A DNA stretch of 64,000 nucleotides. It comes from Octopus vulgaris. Taxonomy: Eukaryota. The stretch covers positions 133,300,001 through 133,364,000 of the forward strand of contig OX597818.1 in assembly GCA_951406725.2 (NCBI GenBank), given 5' to 3'. The notes beneath the pieces were generated by a model that worked only from the letters and a program-made list of their open reading frames with translations, was not told the origin of the DNA and did no database searches. Shown here piece by piece: positions 49,933-63,900 of the stretch (position 1 is the stretch's first letter; the number at the start of each line of letters is the position of its first letter). Position numbers and translations under genes: made by a program.

Positions 49933-50162
49933 TTAACCCTTTGGTGTTCGCATTATTCTGCCAAAACTAATGCTATTTTTGTCCTCATTGTTTTGAACTA
50001 ATCATGCATTATCTTGTAGCTATGAGATTTTGATGAGGTAGCAGTTAATTTTTGAAACGGTATTGTAGGGTTGGTGTGAGAAACCAGATCTGGCCAGTTT
50101 TAACCTAAAACAGGCAGAATACTTTTGGCCGGATATGGCCGGTTTAAATGCTAAAGTGTTAA
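49933..50162 (+). mobile_element. piggyBac-like MITE (TTAA-flanked)
   Basis: TTAA-CCCTTT...AAAGTG-TTAA. Internal similarity to 63262-63482 and 1-400. Confidence 0.75.
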
Positions 50163-50904
50163 AACTGAAAATGCGGCCAAAATATAAACTGAAACCTTCA
50201 GATAAAACTCTGACTATATGTTTATGTCCCAGCACAAGGAACGAAGAAACACATAAAATGACAATAAAAGACACTGGATGTAACATAGACCATAGGTTCA
50301 GGAACAGTGGATACAGGATTTGTGCTTGCACCCTGTAAAATTTGGTGGGGAAGCAGTGAAAATACTTTGAACATACTCCTGAAAAACTGGGTTTGCACCT
50401 GCTAAGCAAATTTTGTTATCAAACTTATGACAAAGACCAATGGCTAGCAGTGACTTTTGTGTCACAGTTTGGTAAAGTGTTCAAAGTTGGTTAAAAAAAA
50501 GATGACCTGTCATGAGGGCTCCATCAAAATAGACTAGTGACTGCTGACTGCCACAGAGCAATACCTGAGCTGTGCTCAATGGAATGCACCAAGACAAAAG
50601 GCCATGCATTTGATGATATAAAGTAGGAAGTTTAGTTGCTGTATTTGTCAAAGCAAAACACACCTTAAAACTGAATGCGCTGAAGAACTAGAAAAACTAA
50701 AAATAAGGAAAATGAAAATAATGAAGAGTAATAGTAATAGCAAAAAGAGCAACAAACCCCATTTTCCAAAAACCACTAACCAGAACTCTGGAAATAGCAA
50801 AGTAAATGTTTTTTCAGCTCAGTACTACAAATAGCTGAGCAAATACCAAGTCTTCAAACAATGCCAGTGACTCTCAAATAAAAAATAAGATAATTTCAAG
50901 AAAC

Positions 50905-51461
50905 TGATTTCAAATTTTGGCACAAGGCCAACAAGTTTGAGGAAGCAGGTAAGTCAATTACATCAATACCAGTGTTCAACTGGTACTTATTTTATCAATC
51001 TGAAAGCAAAGTCGACCTCAGAGGAATTTGAACACAGAATCTAAAGATGGACAAAATGCCACTAAACATTTTTGCCAGCATGCAAACAATTCAGCCAGCT
51101 CACCACCTTAAACAATTTCAAGAAATTAAGAATAAATTCCACAAATTAATTCATATGTTTATCTTATAATTAGACAGGTTATATATATTCATTCTTTGCT
51201 CTATTCCTTCATCACGAGAATTTCCTCTCATATTCTTCAATAATAATCCTTTCTACTATAGGCACAAGGCCTGAAATTTAGGGGGATGGGATTAGTTGAT
51301 TACATCGACCCCAGTGTTTCACTGGTACTTAATTAATCGACACTGAAAGGATGAAAGGCAAAGTCGACCTCAGTGGAATTTGAACTCAGAAAGTGAAGAC
51401 AGACAAAATACTGATAAGCATTTCACCTGGTGTGCTAACATTTCAGCCAGCTCACAACCTT
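50905..51461 (-). mobile_element. Two family E SINE copies (50905-51110, 51244-51461)
   Basis: CTGGTACTT..AAGTCGACCTCAG..GGAATTTGAAC..GCCAGCTCAC motifs. Confidence 0.8.
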
Positions 51462-52137
51462 ATATTCATCAATAATAATAATAACACTTGCTAATGCACC
51501 TTGTCTTCTCTTACATTGTACACAAAAAACATCTCAGCACTTCAATACAGTTATGTGACATTTTTGAAAGGAGATAAATACGAAAAGTATATCTTCTAGC
51601 ACATTCAAATATTTATTTTCCACAATTGATGTGATTGCTGATGGTTGGAGTGTGTTAACATCAGACAACCTTTTCCTGTTGCAAACTAATCTATTGTGAA
51701 GCTGTATTTTTAGTGATTTTTCTTATTATTTTTTAAGCTATATTTTGTTTTTTCCAGTAGGAAGTTCACCTTTACATCAGTTATCATCCTAAAGCTTAGA
51801 AAAACTGTAAATATTTATCCCAGCAACCATGACATCCAACCACAACACATGTTATGGAAGTAAATGTGGAATAGCTTGACATTTATGCTGACTATAGTGA
51901 TCTAGTTCACATAGAGGGATGTACGAATTAAATCAAGGTGAAAATTAACTGAATTTGCAATTTTTCATATATTGTTTCTATCTATAAAATATAAGTGTTC
52001 ACTGTTACCTTGGTTGACTGAAAAATATACAAATGATAATAGTAAAATTCAAAACTTAAAGACAAACAGCTGTGTATCATGTTGACAGAAAAGTTGCTTT
52101 AGGATGAGATTAATAACATTAACGTATTTTAGTGAAC

Positions 52138-52798
52138 CAGCAAGAGATCCTTTCACATAGGTGTAACACCTACTATCAATTAAGGATAGACAAATTTGAA
52201 AATAAATTGACAGGATAGCCACGACTGGAACGACATTATTGACCATATTCTAGCTTAATCAGGGCTGGCTGGAGACTAAACAACAACAGCTTATGTTTGA
52301 GAGATGTATCCATGAAGAGAAGCTTCCTGAATTTTGCACTCCTCTCTACCTCTATTAAAATAGTTGTCAATTATTAATTAATAAGGAAAAGCATATAACA
52401 ATCGTTTAATGAACTATCTGCTATATGGTCAATAATGTTGTTCCAGTCATGGCTATCCTGTCAATTTATTTTCAAATTTGTCTATCCTTAATTGATAGTA
52501 GGTGTTACACCTATGTGAAAGGCTCTCTTGCTGTGTAACACCTACTATCAATTAAGGATAGACAAATTTGAAAATAAATTGACAGGATAGCCACGACTGG
52601 AATGGCATTATTGACCTTATTCTAGCTTAATCAGGGCTGGCTGGAGGCTAAACAACAACAGCTTATGTTTGAGAGATGTATCCATGAAGAGAAGCTTCCT
52701 GAATTTTGCACTCCTCTCTACCTCTATTAAAATAGTTGTCAATTATTAATTAATAAGGAAAAGCATATAACAATCGTTTAATGAACTATCTGCTATAT
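52138..52798. repeat. Complex local rearrangement: 266-bp direct duplication separated by a 111-bp inverted copy
   Basis: 52161-52426 matches 52533-52798. 52423-52533 is the reverse complement of 52138-52248. Confidence 0.92.
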
Positions 52799-53696
52799 TT
52801 TCATTGGAAAACCAACCAATATTTTCATTCAAGTAAAAGACCAATTGGTAAGAAATGCAATAAAAAATAAAAAATATTTAGAAGTATAACTCAAGTTGTA
52901 CAGTGCTGGTTGTGTGTGTGTGTGTGTGTGCATGTGTTTGTTTTTTTTATAAAAGATTGTATTGAATACACATACAGCTTCAAACAGATAAAATTTCAAA
53001 AGATACCAGATTTACTCTCATAAAACATGATATGAATGATCAAAAGAAGTACATATTTTCATGGAAGGTTACTGTTTGTTAGAACAGAATCAACCAAGCA
53101 TGTTGTTTTCGTGACTGACAGAAGGAAAATGAATTTGGTTATGAAGTAGTCACTAAGGTGGAAAAAGCTAAGAGAAAGAGAAAGAGAGATCGGAGACAGA
53201 GAGAGGGAGAGAGAGAGAGCATAAGAGACGAAAATAGAGAATAAACATGAAAAAAAAAAATAGAGAGAAAAAACAGCGGGGAGTCTGACAATGACTAAGT
53301 TCATACTTATTACACACAATAAACAATGAAATTTAGATGGAAATGTTAACTCAATCTGACAAAACATAATACAAATGAACTCAATGATATGATCAAGTAA
53401 ATAGAAATATATTTTATTAGAGAATTGTTATTTAGACTGAATTTGTTGTCTTTATATTACAGTTAAAAACAGTGCTGTTGGTCAGTAAACTGCTAACAAA
53501 ATTGAAATATATATGTGTATGCATGGTTGAGAATAAAGAAAGGAAATGACACTGAGAAATAAATATGATAGTCAGAAATTATTTAAATAACACAATACAA
53601 AGGAAAGAATGTTTCAGTGTAAAATGAAATCAATAAATAGCAATAATTGAAAACACTAAATTCTCAAACAATAGTTTAGCAGTGGTAAAATATATA

Positions 53697-54046
53697 GGCA
53701 TAGGAGCGGCTGTGTGGTAAGTAGCTTGCTTACCAACCACATGGTTCCGGATTCAGTCCCACTGCGTGGCACCTTGGGCAAGTGTCCTCTGCTATAGCCT
53801 CAGGCCGACCAAAGCCTTGTGAGTGGATTTGGTAGATGGAAACTGGAAGAAGCCTGTCGTATATATGTATATATATATGTGTGTGTGTGTGAGTGTATAT
53901 GTTTGTCTGTGTTTGTCTCCCCAACATCGTGGTTCAGCAAAAGAGACCGATAAAATAAGTCCTGGGGATGATTTGCTTGACTAGAGATGGTGCTCTAGCA
54001 TGGCCACAGTCAGATGACTGAAACAAGTAAAAGAGTAAAAGAGAGT
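53697..54046 (+). mobile_element. SINE family A with internal deletions
   Basis: Family A head and (AAAAGAGT)n tail. Confidence 0.88.
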
Positions 54047-54308
54047 ATGCTTACTAACAACAAGATACAGTTATCGGATATTACATCAATAAGAGTGTAA
54101 TAAGAGTGAATAGAGCACATTTAATGTAAATAGATACTCAGATCAGTTTTTGTGACCATCAAAGGTAAATCACTTGTAATAGGATGCTAGGCCAACACCG
54201 CTCTCCAGTCCTACCTTAAGCAGAATTGACATTGCAGCTGTCATTTGCACCATCTCTTGATAACCATTTCCAATTGCTTTGTCTCTTATGTAATACAATT
54301 GCACTGTA

Positions 54309-54517
54309 CAAAGAGGTACTGAAAAGTTCCTGGCTTTGGGTAAAAATAGAGGATCAGTTAATTACAATTTTATTCAACATATTCTCCTCTCAGATTCACA
54401 CACATATTGCAGTAGTCCTTCAGTTTTCTAAGCCCTGTAAATGAACTCAAAAGGTTAGGCCTCCAACCAAGCCTTTTGCAATACTCTTAAAGCTAGGAAC
54501 TTTTCAACACTTCCTTG
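54309..54517. mobile_element. mariner-like MITE (209 bp)
   Basis: About 28-bp TIR CAAAGAGGTACTGAAAAGTTCCTGGCTT / AAGCTAGGAACTTTTCAACACTTCCTTG, with TA on both flanks. Confidence 0.8.
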
Positions 54518-55779
54518 TATCTTATGCAATATTGATGTTTGAAATAGGATACAGATGGAAATGGATTTCCAGCAAAAGCCCATCACCTAGCAGGAACTGA
54601 TAGAAGACTATTGTATCTTCTTTTTCCACACTTTGTTGCTGACATCCAAACTGGCATAGAATTTTGAGAGGCCTACTTCTGGTCACTGGTTTCTAACTAA
54701 ACCATTTACATGGATAGAAACGATGTTTACTGGCTACTTCTAAAAACTACATCAGACGTGAGTTTTTATGTATTCAAAAGTGCTTCAGCTATCAGCATAT
54801 GCTTTTAAGTTTGTGATCAGCAGTTCAGATTGAATTAGTACATGAAGAAGGAAAGACAACGTTAGTAAAACTAATAGTCAGAAATCTACATCAGCAAAAT
54901 TACAGGCAGTAGAATTTACACAATTTCTATAAATAATCTAATAGAAACAACACTAGACATAATTTTCAAGACAGTAAAACATGAGCAAGAAATGCAGAAA
55001 ATTTTTAATAAGTGGAGTCACCTAAATTAATTACCATTATTTGGATGCTATGTCTACATAAAGGCTTGGCACAGATGGTTAGAGAAGGTCGTAAGTCAAT
55101 AGATAGCTAGTAATAACAGATCCACTAAAATACCTACAATTCTTCAAAGCTAAATCAAAGAGCCTCACAAGAAACATATGCTTTCTAGATAATACAAGGT
55201 TGATTTGGTGATGTGTTTTGAAGCCAGCTATTAAATGAACCATATATTGGTACTATTAATTCAACTACTATAAAATAATTCTATCATTTTATGGTATTGA
55301 AGTTAAACACTACTCTTACTTTATTCAAATAAGAGATGTCTTGTTTGATTTATACTTTTGAAATTTTATTAATTATAAAATTTAAAGTCGATAGTTATTA
55401 CAGAAGTACTTTTTCAAATTAAAAAAAAGAAAGAACTTTCTCCCCAAATGTCCCATTTTTAGGTAAAATTTAATCTTAAAAGACATAATGATTTCACTAA
55501 AATTTTGAATCAGTGGCAATCTTTTGAAGAGTACTCTTCAATTTATGAGATGTATGAAAGCAACTGTAATTTTTATTGTACATATGACATATCACATTTA
55601 TGTACTGTGTTTCTAAACTTGAGTTGCAGGTGCTGGCAATAAAGTATAGACAGCAATTGTTGATAATATATGTCAAATCAGTATCTTCTTTAAACCAACC
55701 TTTACATAAGCATTCATTTTTGTTTTGCTTTGTTTTTTTTAACGAACTGTTGGTAATTTATCCTTTAGCTTTTTTTTTA

Positions 55780-56491
55780 TCTTTTAATTGTTTCAGTCAT
55801 TAGACTGGGACACCTCTCTCTCTAACCGCTCAGTCGAAGTCGACTCTCGGTCACTCATTGGATCAGTGTCCTCCAGTCAGTTCTATCCTGGGCCGTTTCT
55901 TTCAGATTGGCTATATCCATTCCGGTATCACTCCTGATGGTGTCAAGCCAGCGGGTTCTTGGTCAGCCTTTTCCTCTCTTGCCACTGACCTTTCCAAGCA
56001 TGATGTCCTTCTCCAGGGATTCTCTCCGCATAATATGACCGAAATATGCCAATCTACGCTTGGTGTTCCCAGTTTCTAGCGACATTTTCAGCCTTATCTG
56101 CTTAAGAACTTCTCCATTGGTGAGCCTCACTGTCCATGGAATCCGCAAAAGTCTTCTCCAACACCACCTTGAAGAATTTTTAGTTGACTGAACTGACCCT
56201 AGTACTTATTTTTGTTAAGCTTGGGACTTATTCTATCCATCTCTTTTTGCTAAACCACTAAGCTACAGGTGTGTGAACACACCAACACCAGTTGTCAAGC
56301 AGTGCTGAAGCACAAACAAACACACACACATATATACACGATGGGTTTCCATCTACCAAATCCACTCACAAGGCTTTGGTCAGCCCAAGGCCAAAGTAGA
56401 AGACACATGCCGAAGGTGTCATGTAGTGAGACTGAACCCAGAACCATGTGGTTGGGAAGTAAGCTTCTTACCACACAGCCACGCCTGTGCC
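55780..56491 (-). mobile_element. Diverged SINE family A interrupted by an RTE LINE 3' end
   Basis: Tail TTGTTTCAGTCATTAGACTG at 55788, with body and head resuming at about 56165-56491. Confidence 0.75.
55815..56165 (-). pseudogene. RTE/BovB-like LINE 3' end
   Basis: LRIPWTVRLTNGEVL...LAYFGHIMRRESLEKDIMLGKVSGKRGKG*PRTRWLD...DWR...VTESRLRLSG*. Confidence 0.88.
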
Positions 56492-58725
56492 TAGTCTAAC
56501 TTACTTCATATTTCTTTACAATAACTGAAGTAATGTCAAGGCCAATCTATTATATTCCTCACAATCCATGCCATATTTTTAGTCTAAATTTTTAATAAGA
56601 AATGTTTGCAATGGGATTGATCTCAGCAAAATACAGTTATTTCCTTTATTGACTTGAAGGAATGAAATGTAGAATCACACCAAGCAAACTGGAATAAAAT
56701 AAGACAAAGCTAAAATGTTTGTAAGACATTCTCTAAGCATTCTTCAATTTATGCCAAATCACTTCCCAACAACAGTTGATAATATCGATTTCTTAAGTAA
56801 GCATGAGACCAAAATTTGTACACAGGAGGATCATATTTGATGTAATCGTGATGTTTACCTTATCACTCCTTAAAACAAAACGAGAAAAAAAAGAAAACTA
56901 ATTTACATTAGGAATATAAAGAGAATGTGACCAAATACAATTATGCATTTCGTCTGTCCATCTAGTATCTCAGTCACTGTCCCACAGTCTTACAGCTGTT
57001 GATGAGGCTGATTAAATAACAAATACCCCATTCCATAAAAATCCTATTTCTGAATTCTGTTTTTGCTTTTCTTTTTTTACATATTTATTGCAGACTGAGC
57101 TACATATTTGGCTGTTTTAAAAACCAACAGCTTATCAAAAGATTATCTGCATTTATTGAATCATACACAAGTAAATCAAGTTGAAGCGGAGTCTGATTTT
57201 TCTCATCAGAGATCATCAACAACAATAAGATAATGAAAACCAAACTGCAGTAAAGCAATTTTTCTTTATAGCCTGATGATGGATTTTCATCAGCAGCATA
57301 TCAGAGCACAGATCAACAAAAGGGATGCTTCACAACATATTAACCCTTTAATCCAAACATAACTTTAAAAAAAAAGAGTAAAAAAAAAAAAGGGTGAAAA
57401 CGCTTGATTCATTGATATTTTCCGATGAGGAAAATCTGAATAATAATTCATTGATTAAAATCAACATCTAAAATATTCTGGATTATTTATATCAACTAGA
57501 CTGATTCTGCCTCTAAATCAGAATTTCTAAGCATCTATTCTAAAAGTATTAAAAAGTATTAATTTATCTTCATTGACTTTTATGTTTTAATAATGACAGG
57601 GAACATTCAGTAAACTAGGATTTTGCAGAGTATTTAGATCCATTCCTTTGCATTCTGAGTTTAAATCCTACCAAGGTGAACTTTGTCTTTAATCTTTCTA
57701 GAATAGATAATATAAATACCAGTCTTATAAATGGGAGTCAATTCAACTGATTATGCCACTCCCTTAAAATATGCGACAATAACTCCAATGTCATACATTT
57801 GTGAATTAATGCTACCCAAACATATCAATGAATGAATATACAAAAAATTGGAACCCCTCACTATTAGACAATAATTTAAATCCTTATACATTCCAACAGG
57901 CCTTTTATTCTAAGCCCCATGCACTTTCACATCAATTTTGATTTGAGAGCATCCAACTGTTGGATCAACTGAATAACCCACTCACTGAGTTATTATGCAA
58001 AATAGCTTGGCATTCTATATGCAGATGCACCCTTAACACAGTTCTGAGGTAGAATGAACATGACACAAATGTGGCTAGGTTGAATTTTTTAATTACAAGT
58101 AGAGTCCAGCCAGTTGGCTTCTATACACTCTCCCTATACCAAAATTTATTCAAAAGGCTTTGGTCAACCCAAACATTTGGTAATTGCACTTGCCTTAGAT
58201 GCCACACAATGGGATTGAACCCAGGTCCTCACAGTTGTGTAGCAAAATTTCTTGACCATTCAGTCATGCTACCATCCATTATTGTAATTAATGTATAGAT
58301 ATAATATATACGCTGCAATAGAAAGTTCGTTAGTTTCATACAATCCAATAGAAAAACAAAGCACTTTACGATTTCTAAGAAATGCATGCTGATATTTATT
58401 GTTAATGAACTTAAGCTCTACTCTTAATTATTTTGATGTTGCTGACATTGCCATGGATACCAAGGCAAGTGAAAACATAAATACCTCATCAAAACGACTT
58501 CAGTGTAATGGCCTGAAATGGTTATAAATAGACAAGAATGTAACAGCATCTTCTTATTTATTTAAATAATAATTTCTTAGTTAAGTTTCTGGGAATTAAA
58601 GTTGAAGATAACAACTGTAAATCAAATCCAAACTATGAATTCATCTCACTGGAAACTTTTTGCCCTGTGTTTTATGATGCTCATCATTATAAGTAATAAT
58701 AATAATCATATTATTATTACTTATA

Positions 58726-58906
58726 GATGCAGGAGTGGCTGTGTGGTAAGTAGCTTGCTAACCAACCACATGGTTCCGGGTTCAGTCCCACTGCGTGGCA
58801 CCTTGGGCAATTGTCTTCTGCTATAGCCCTGGACCGACCAATGCCTTGTGAGTGGATTTGGTAGACGGAAACTGAAAGAAGCCCATCGTATATATGTATG
58901 TATATA

Positions 58907-58937
<31 letters not shown>

Positions 58938-59150
58938 TTGTGTGTCTGTGTTTGTTCCCCTAGCATTGCTTGACAACCGATGCTGGTGTGTTTACGTCCC
59001 CGTCACTTAGCGGTTCAGCAAAAGAGACCGATAGAATAAGTACTGGGCTTACAAAGAATAAGTCCCGGGGTCGATTTGCTCAACTAAAGGCGGTGCTCCA
59101 GCATGGCTGCAGTCAAATGACTGAAACAAGTAAAAGAGAGTAAAGAGAGT
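58726..59150 (+). mobile_element. SINE family A, full length
   Basis: Reverse complement of 11602-12014. Confidence 0.92.
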
Positions 59151-59595
59151 ATATTAACATTTAGAGATATCTTAATCCTAATTAAATTGTCATAATACCT
59201 TATGTGCCATAGTGCTTGTTTCAGAAGTATAACAGTATCTTTTTCACTACAGAATAGCAATTCTAAAGCACAAAAATAATCAAGGTGTGAAGGAGCCTTA
59301 TCATTGCAATGTCCATTTTTGATGTTAAGACAATTAGATAACATGGGAAGAAGTTGGGAAATCAGATTACAAGATGCTGGCCTTTTCAGATGAGAAAGTC
59401 AAGATAATTGGAAATGCATCTTATATCAAACCTGTCTAACCATGCTAGCATGGAAAATAGATATTGAAATATTGATGATGATGACAATGATAATTACGAT
59501 ATTGATGTTAAAATTACTAAGTTTCCAAATTCTGAAATTCTTGCTATAAAAAAATTGGATTTGAGATATTGCTGTTTGCAATATTTAGCTGTTCT

Positions 59596-59808
59596 AAGGC
59601 AACGAGCTGCGAGAATCGTAAGCATGTTGGGAAAAATGTTTAGCAGCGTTTAGTACATCTTTACATTCTGAGTTCAAATTCTGCTGAGGCCGACTTTATC
59701 TTTCATCCTTTCAGAGCGGATAAAGAGGTACCAGCTGAGCACTAGAGTTGATGTAATCAACCTATCACTTCCCTCAAAGTTGCTGGCCTTGAGCCAAAAT
59801 TTGAAACC
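59596..59808 (+). mobile_element. SINE family E
   Basis: Head AAGGCAACGAGCTGCGAGAATCG. CAATATTTAGCTGTT duplicated on both flanks. Confidence 0.8.
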
Positions 59809-60787
59809 AATATTTAGCTGTTGTAGTAACTGCCATAGAATGAGAAATAAGGTACCAGAATGTCTGTGGCTTAGTTTTAATTCCCAACTGGAATAGTTTT
59901 ACTTCACTTGAAAAAGTCATTAAGATTGAGCAATCTTAATTTCCATCTCTTCTAAATTTGAGTTTTAATCCTCACCAGAAGAAAAATTGATTCAAATCAA
60001 TTCTTTTTCTTGTGTTGAGGCATCTAATCTCATATAGTAAAACCACAAAATTGCTTTTGTCAACTTTCAGTTAGGGTAAGGTTTCAGTACCACCAAGCTA
60101 TTCTCTTTTCTTATTCACTCCACTGTTGGATGAATATAACATAGTCCAGTGCTTTGTAAGAAAAAAAAACAAAAAAAACAGATCATAGCAGTTGTGCTCA
60201 CTTCTCATAATCTCCAGAGTCACAGAATCCCTTTCAAAAATATCATGTAGTACATCTAGAGCAGGGGTTGGCCAAAGTTGCTTAATGTAAGAGCTGCATT
60301 TGATGAAGTTCAGATGTTTGAAAGCCACCAAACATGAACAAAATTTACACTATGCTTTTGTTACATACACATTTTGTTACAAAAATTCTATATAAGAAAT
60401 GCATGTATGCAATAGTATTTATTCATGTATGCAGTTTTTTTAACTGTTAATTTGTATTGGTTTCAGTAATCACAAAATACACATATATATACCATATGTT
60501 TTCAAAATCTCGACTGATGATTGTTTTAACTATATTGAGCATATTTAATACAGTAATGAACTATGGGAACTTCTAAGAAAAATGTGCAAATTTGCATATT
60601 AGTAACATAAAATTAAAGTACCAAAAATAACACTAAAAAGGAAAGATTATATATATATTTTTAATGATATTTACTTGCCTTAGTAAATATCTGGTCAAAA
60701 TCTGGAGGAAAATATGTAAATAAAAAAGCAAACCAATAAAATTTGAGATATTTTAATCAGATACCACCTTACAAAATTACAGTCTTA

Positions 60788-62610
60788 TCATAATGAAATT
60801 GAGATGAGTTGCACACTAGCTTTCTTCAGTTTAGGATATTTTATTTCAGGAACTTGTTTCCAGAACTCAATTGTAGACTGGGATTTATGGTTCGTCTTTA
60901 GACCCAAGTCCTCCTGTAATTCCATTACTTCCATTTCCACAGCAGATGATTCTTTAACAAGAGGTTCGAGAATTGGACATCCACCATCAACCACAACAAC
61001 AATAAATGGATTTACAAGAAAGGGAAAGCAAGACTTCAGCTTCCACAAGTCATCAAACCTGGCTAGGAAATTACCAAGTAGTCCTTGTAATGTATCTTTG
61101 TATTCTTCCAGTGTGTGGTCTTTTATTTCAATATCTGGGAATGTATTTACTCTCCTACTGAGATTAGGAAAGTGACTGAAGTTTCTTGACAAAATGTCTC
61201 TTTGAAAAACTCTTTTATTCTGAAAGCTGAAAATTGTCTGAGTATGACCAGAAACAGTCTTATTCTTCCCCCTGGAGTGCCAAGTTAAGAGTTCGTAGAT
61301 GATTCATTATATCAGTAAGGAACATCATATCTTGCATCCATTCATCATTTTCCAGTTGAGGATAGGACGTTTTCTTTTCTTTAAGAAAAGTAATAATAGG
61401 TTCCAACAGATTAACAAACCTACTCAAGACATTGATGGTTGACATCCACCTCACAATACAGTAGAAAAGGGACATCACTGGGTTTATTTTCAAGCTCTGA
61501 ACTGTCAGTGAGACTTCCCATTTAAGCATATGAAATTGACAATTTCAAGGACAGATTTCATAACATCTTCATACTTGAAGTATCTGGCTGTCAGGTGTTC
61601 ATGATCATCATCATCATCATCATCATCATCGTTTAGCGTCCGTTTTCCATGCTAGCATGGGTTGGACGGTTCTACTGGAGTCTGTGAAGCCAGAAGGCTT
61701 CATCAGGCCCAGTCAAATCTGGCAGTGTTTCTACGGCTGGATGCCCTTCCTAACGCCAATGATGAATAATGTAATGTACAGAGAGAAACTCTGGAAAGCT
61801 GGGATAATTTTTCATAAGTGCAATTAATCCTACATTTTCCCCACCATTGCGGGTGCTCCATCTGTTGCCATACTGATGAGTTTATTCAGAGGAACATCAG
61901 CATTTGTCAAGTCTCTGCCAAGTACATTTTAATGTCAACACCACGAACTGTTTCTTTTAATGCCACTAAGTCCAACATCTCTTCTTTCACTGTTACATCA
62001 GAAGAAACATAAGTTGTGGGTTGTCTTATATGTCCGTTGATTCATCAAGAGTTAAGCTTAATGCAAGAAGAATTTTTGAAATCATTTGGCATTTTGCCTG
62101 CAACATCAGCACTGATCTGAGAGATGCACTTCTCTGAAGTGTGGCATGAAACTGGTGTTTGTGCTATTAGTTGCTGGAGTCTTGTGTTATTTGGATCTAA
62201 CACTGCAACAACTTCAGCCCTTATTCTTCTTAACAAATTCACCCTCAGAATATGGGCATTTAGCACGAGTAATATTCCATGACATAACAAAACTGGCATC
62301 AGTCATTGCATCAACTCCATTACTGAATGCTGTCAACAGAGTCCGCTGGCTATTTAGTGATGATTTTAACACAGTTAACCTGTTTTACCTTGATTCTGAT
62401 TTAGGTGGATAATCACATGAGAAGTTTTTGTGATTTGTTTCATAATTGTGTTTCATGTTACTGGCTTTGTAATGACTGAGTGACACATGGCAGATAAGGC
62501 ACAAAGGTTTACCTCCTTTAACGGTGAGTGCAACATCTTCCTCCCACTCTGGCTAAAAGTTTCTGCTTTCATCTCCTTATTTTTGTTCTTACAATTTGAG
62601 GAGGTTATCT
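60788..62610 (-). pseudogene. hAT transposase pseudogene (GTF2IRD2/ZBED8-like)
   Basis: KPLCLIC..NMKHNYETNH (BED-like finger), PYSEGEFVK, VRWMS...VLSRF, MFLTDIMNHLRTLNLALQG, FWKQVPEIKYPKLKK. Many frameshifts. C-terminal STY.CE motif not seen. Confidence 0.88.
61600..61760 (-). mobile_element. Family C repeat 3' end inserted in the hAT transposase
   Basis: (CAT)n-CGTTTAGCGTCCGTTTTCCATGCTAGCATGGGTTGGACGG. Confidence 0.88.
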
Positions 62611-63261
62611 TCCTTCACAAATTTTTCACAGACACTTTTAAACAAAACTTGTATTCAAAGTGTACGAACTAGGTCTGCACAGTTCAACGTCTTGTGTTAC
62701 ACTGCATTAATGTACATGACATTGGTGCAGTTGGGTGTAGACTCATTAAGCCACCTGTGACCACTCTCACTCCACTGGTGCACCGAAACCTTTAATCCCC
62801 TAACCCATGACCTCACTCTTCTGACATTCCTCTGTAATCCTTGCTGACCAAAAAATTCTTTAATCCCCCTGCCTCCACCCATTCCTTCCCTCAGCACTAA
62901 AGAACAATGCCTCACTTTGATCTAGCATTAAAATTAGGATTTAAATTCTTAAATATTTTTACTAACCATGTCAATTAAACTTACATTTTAATCCAGTAGG
63001 CTTTCAATTCATACCCAGTAAATAATTATAAAAATTGAAATTTTTCTTATTTGCTTTTTATATTAACTGTGATAAAAAAAAGAAGCTCAGCCAACATATT
63101 TCCACAAGTCCCATATCAAAGGTCAAAGAGCCGTATGTGGCTTGCAAGCCATGGCTTGGCCACCCCTGATCTAGAGTAAGTTAATTTGAAGGTGACTATA
63201 TCCATTTTCAATCTATACATGCAAGTAAAGCTAAAAAAAGCTTTCCTACCTAATGAAAATT

Positions 63262-63482
63262 TTAACCCTTTAGCATTCAGATTGCATTATTGAATGTAAT
63301 GCTTATTTATTCACATTGTTTTGAATTAATCATGCATTATTTCATGTGACACTGTGACAGTTTTTTGGGTTTTTTTAATAGCCTTGCAGGATAGGTGTGA
63401 GAGGCTGGATCCAGCTGGTTTCAAAATACAATGGGTAGAATATTTTGGCCAGATATTGCCAGTTTAAATGCTAAAGATTTAA
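63262..63482 (+). mobile_element. piggyBac-like MITE (TTAA-flanked)
   Basis: TTAA-CCCTTTAGCATT...AATGCTAAAGAT-TTAA. Confidence 0.78.
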
Positions 63483-63545
63483 TCAAAACTACAGTCCTAG
63501 ATATAAATGGGATGCAATATCAGTAACAGTTTATGATCTGCTAGT

Positions 63546-63900
63546 GGAGGCACAATGGCCCAGTGGTTAGGGCAGCGGACTCGCGGTCATAGGAACGCGG
63601 TTTTGATTCCCAGACCGGGCGTTGTGAGTGTTTATTGAGCGAAAACACCAAAAGCTCCACGAGGCTCCGGCTCTTTCACCACAACTTTCTCTCACTCTTA
63701 CTTCCTGTTTCTGTTGTACCTGTATTTCAAAGGGCTGGCCTTGTCCTTCTCTGTGTCACGCTGGATATCCCTGAGAACTACGTTAAGGGTACATGTGTCT
63801 GTGGAGTGCTCAGCCACTTACATGTTAATTTCACGAGCAGGCTGTTCCGTTGATTCGGATCAACCAGAACCCTCATCGTCGTAACCGACGGAGTGCTTCC
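63546..63900 (+). mobile_element. SINE family B with small internal deletion
   Basis: ATGATCTGCTA duplicated on both flanks. Confidence 0.92.

Larger units (their letters stand above)
60262..63168 (-). mobile_element. hAT DNA transposon (Charlie/Buster/SPIN-like), decayed
   Basis: TIR CAGGGGTTGGCCAA / TTGGCCACCCCTG. Perfect 8-bp TSD ATCTAGAG at 60254-60261 / 63169-63176. Confidence 0.93.

Noticed and set aside
60788-61529. ORFs resembling host GTF2IRD2/ZBED8 domesticated genes
   Set aside because: Frameshifted and enclosed by TIRs and an 8-bp TSD, so a transposon pseudogene.
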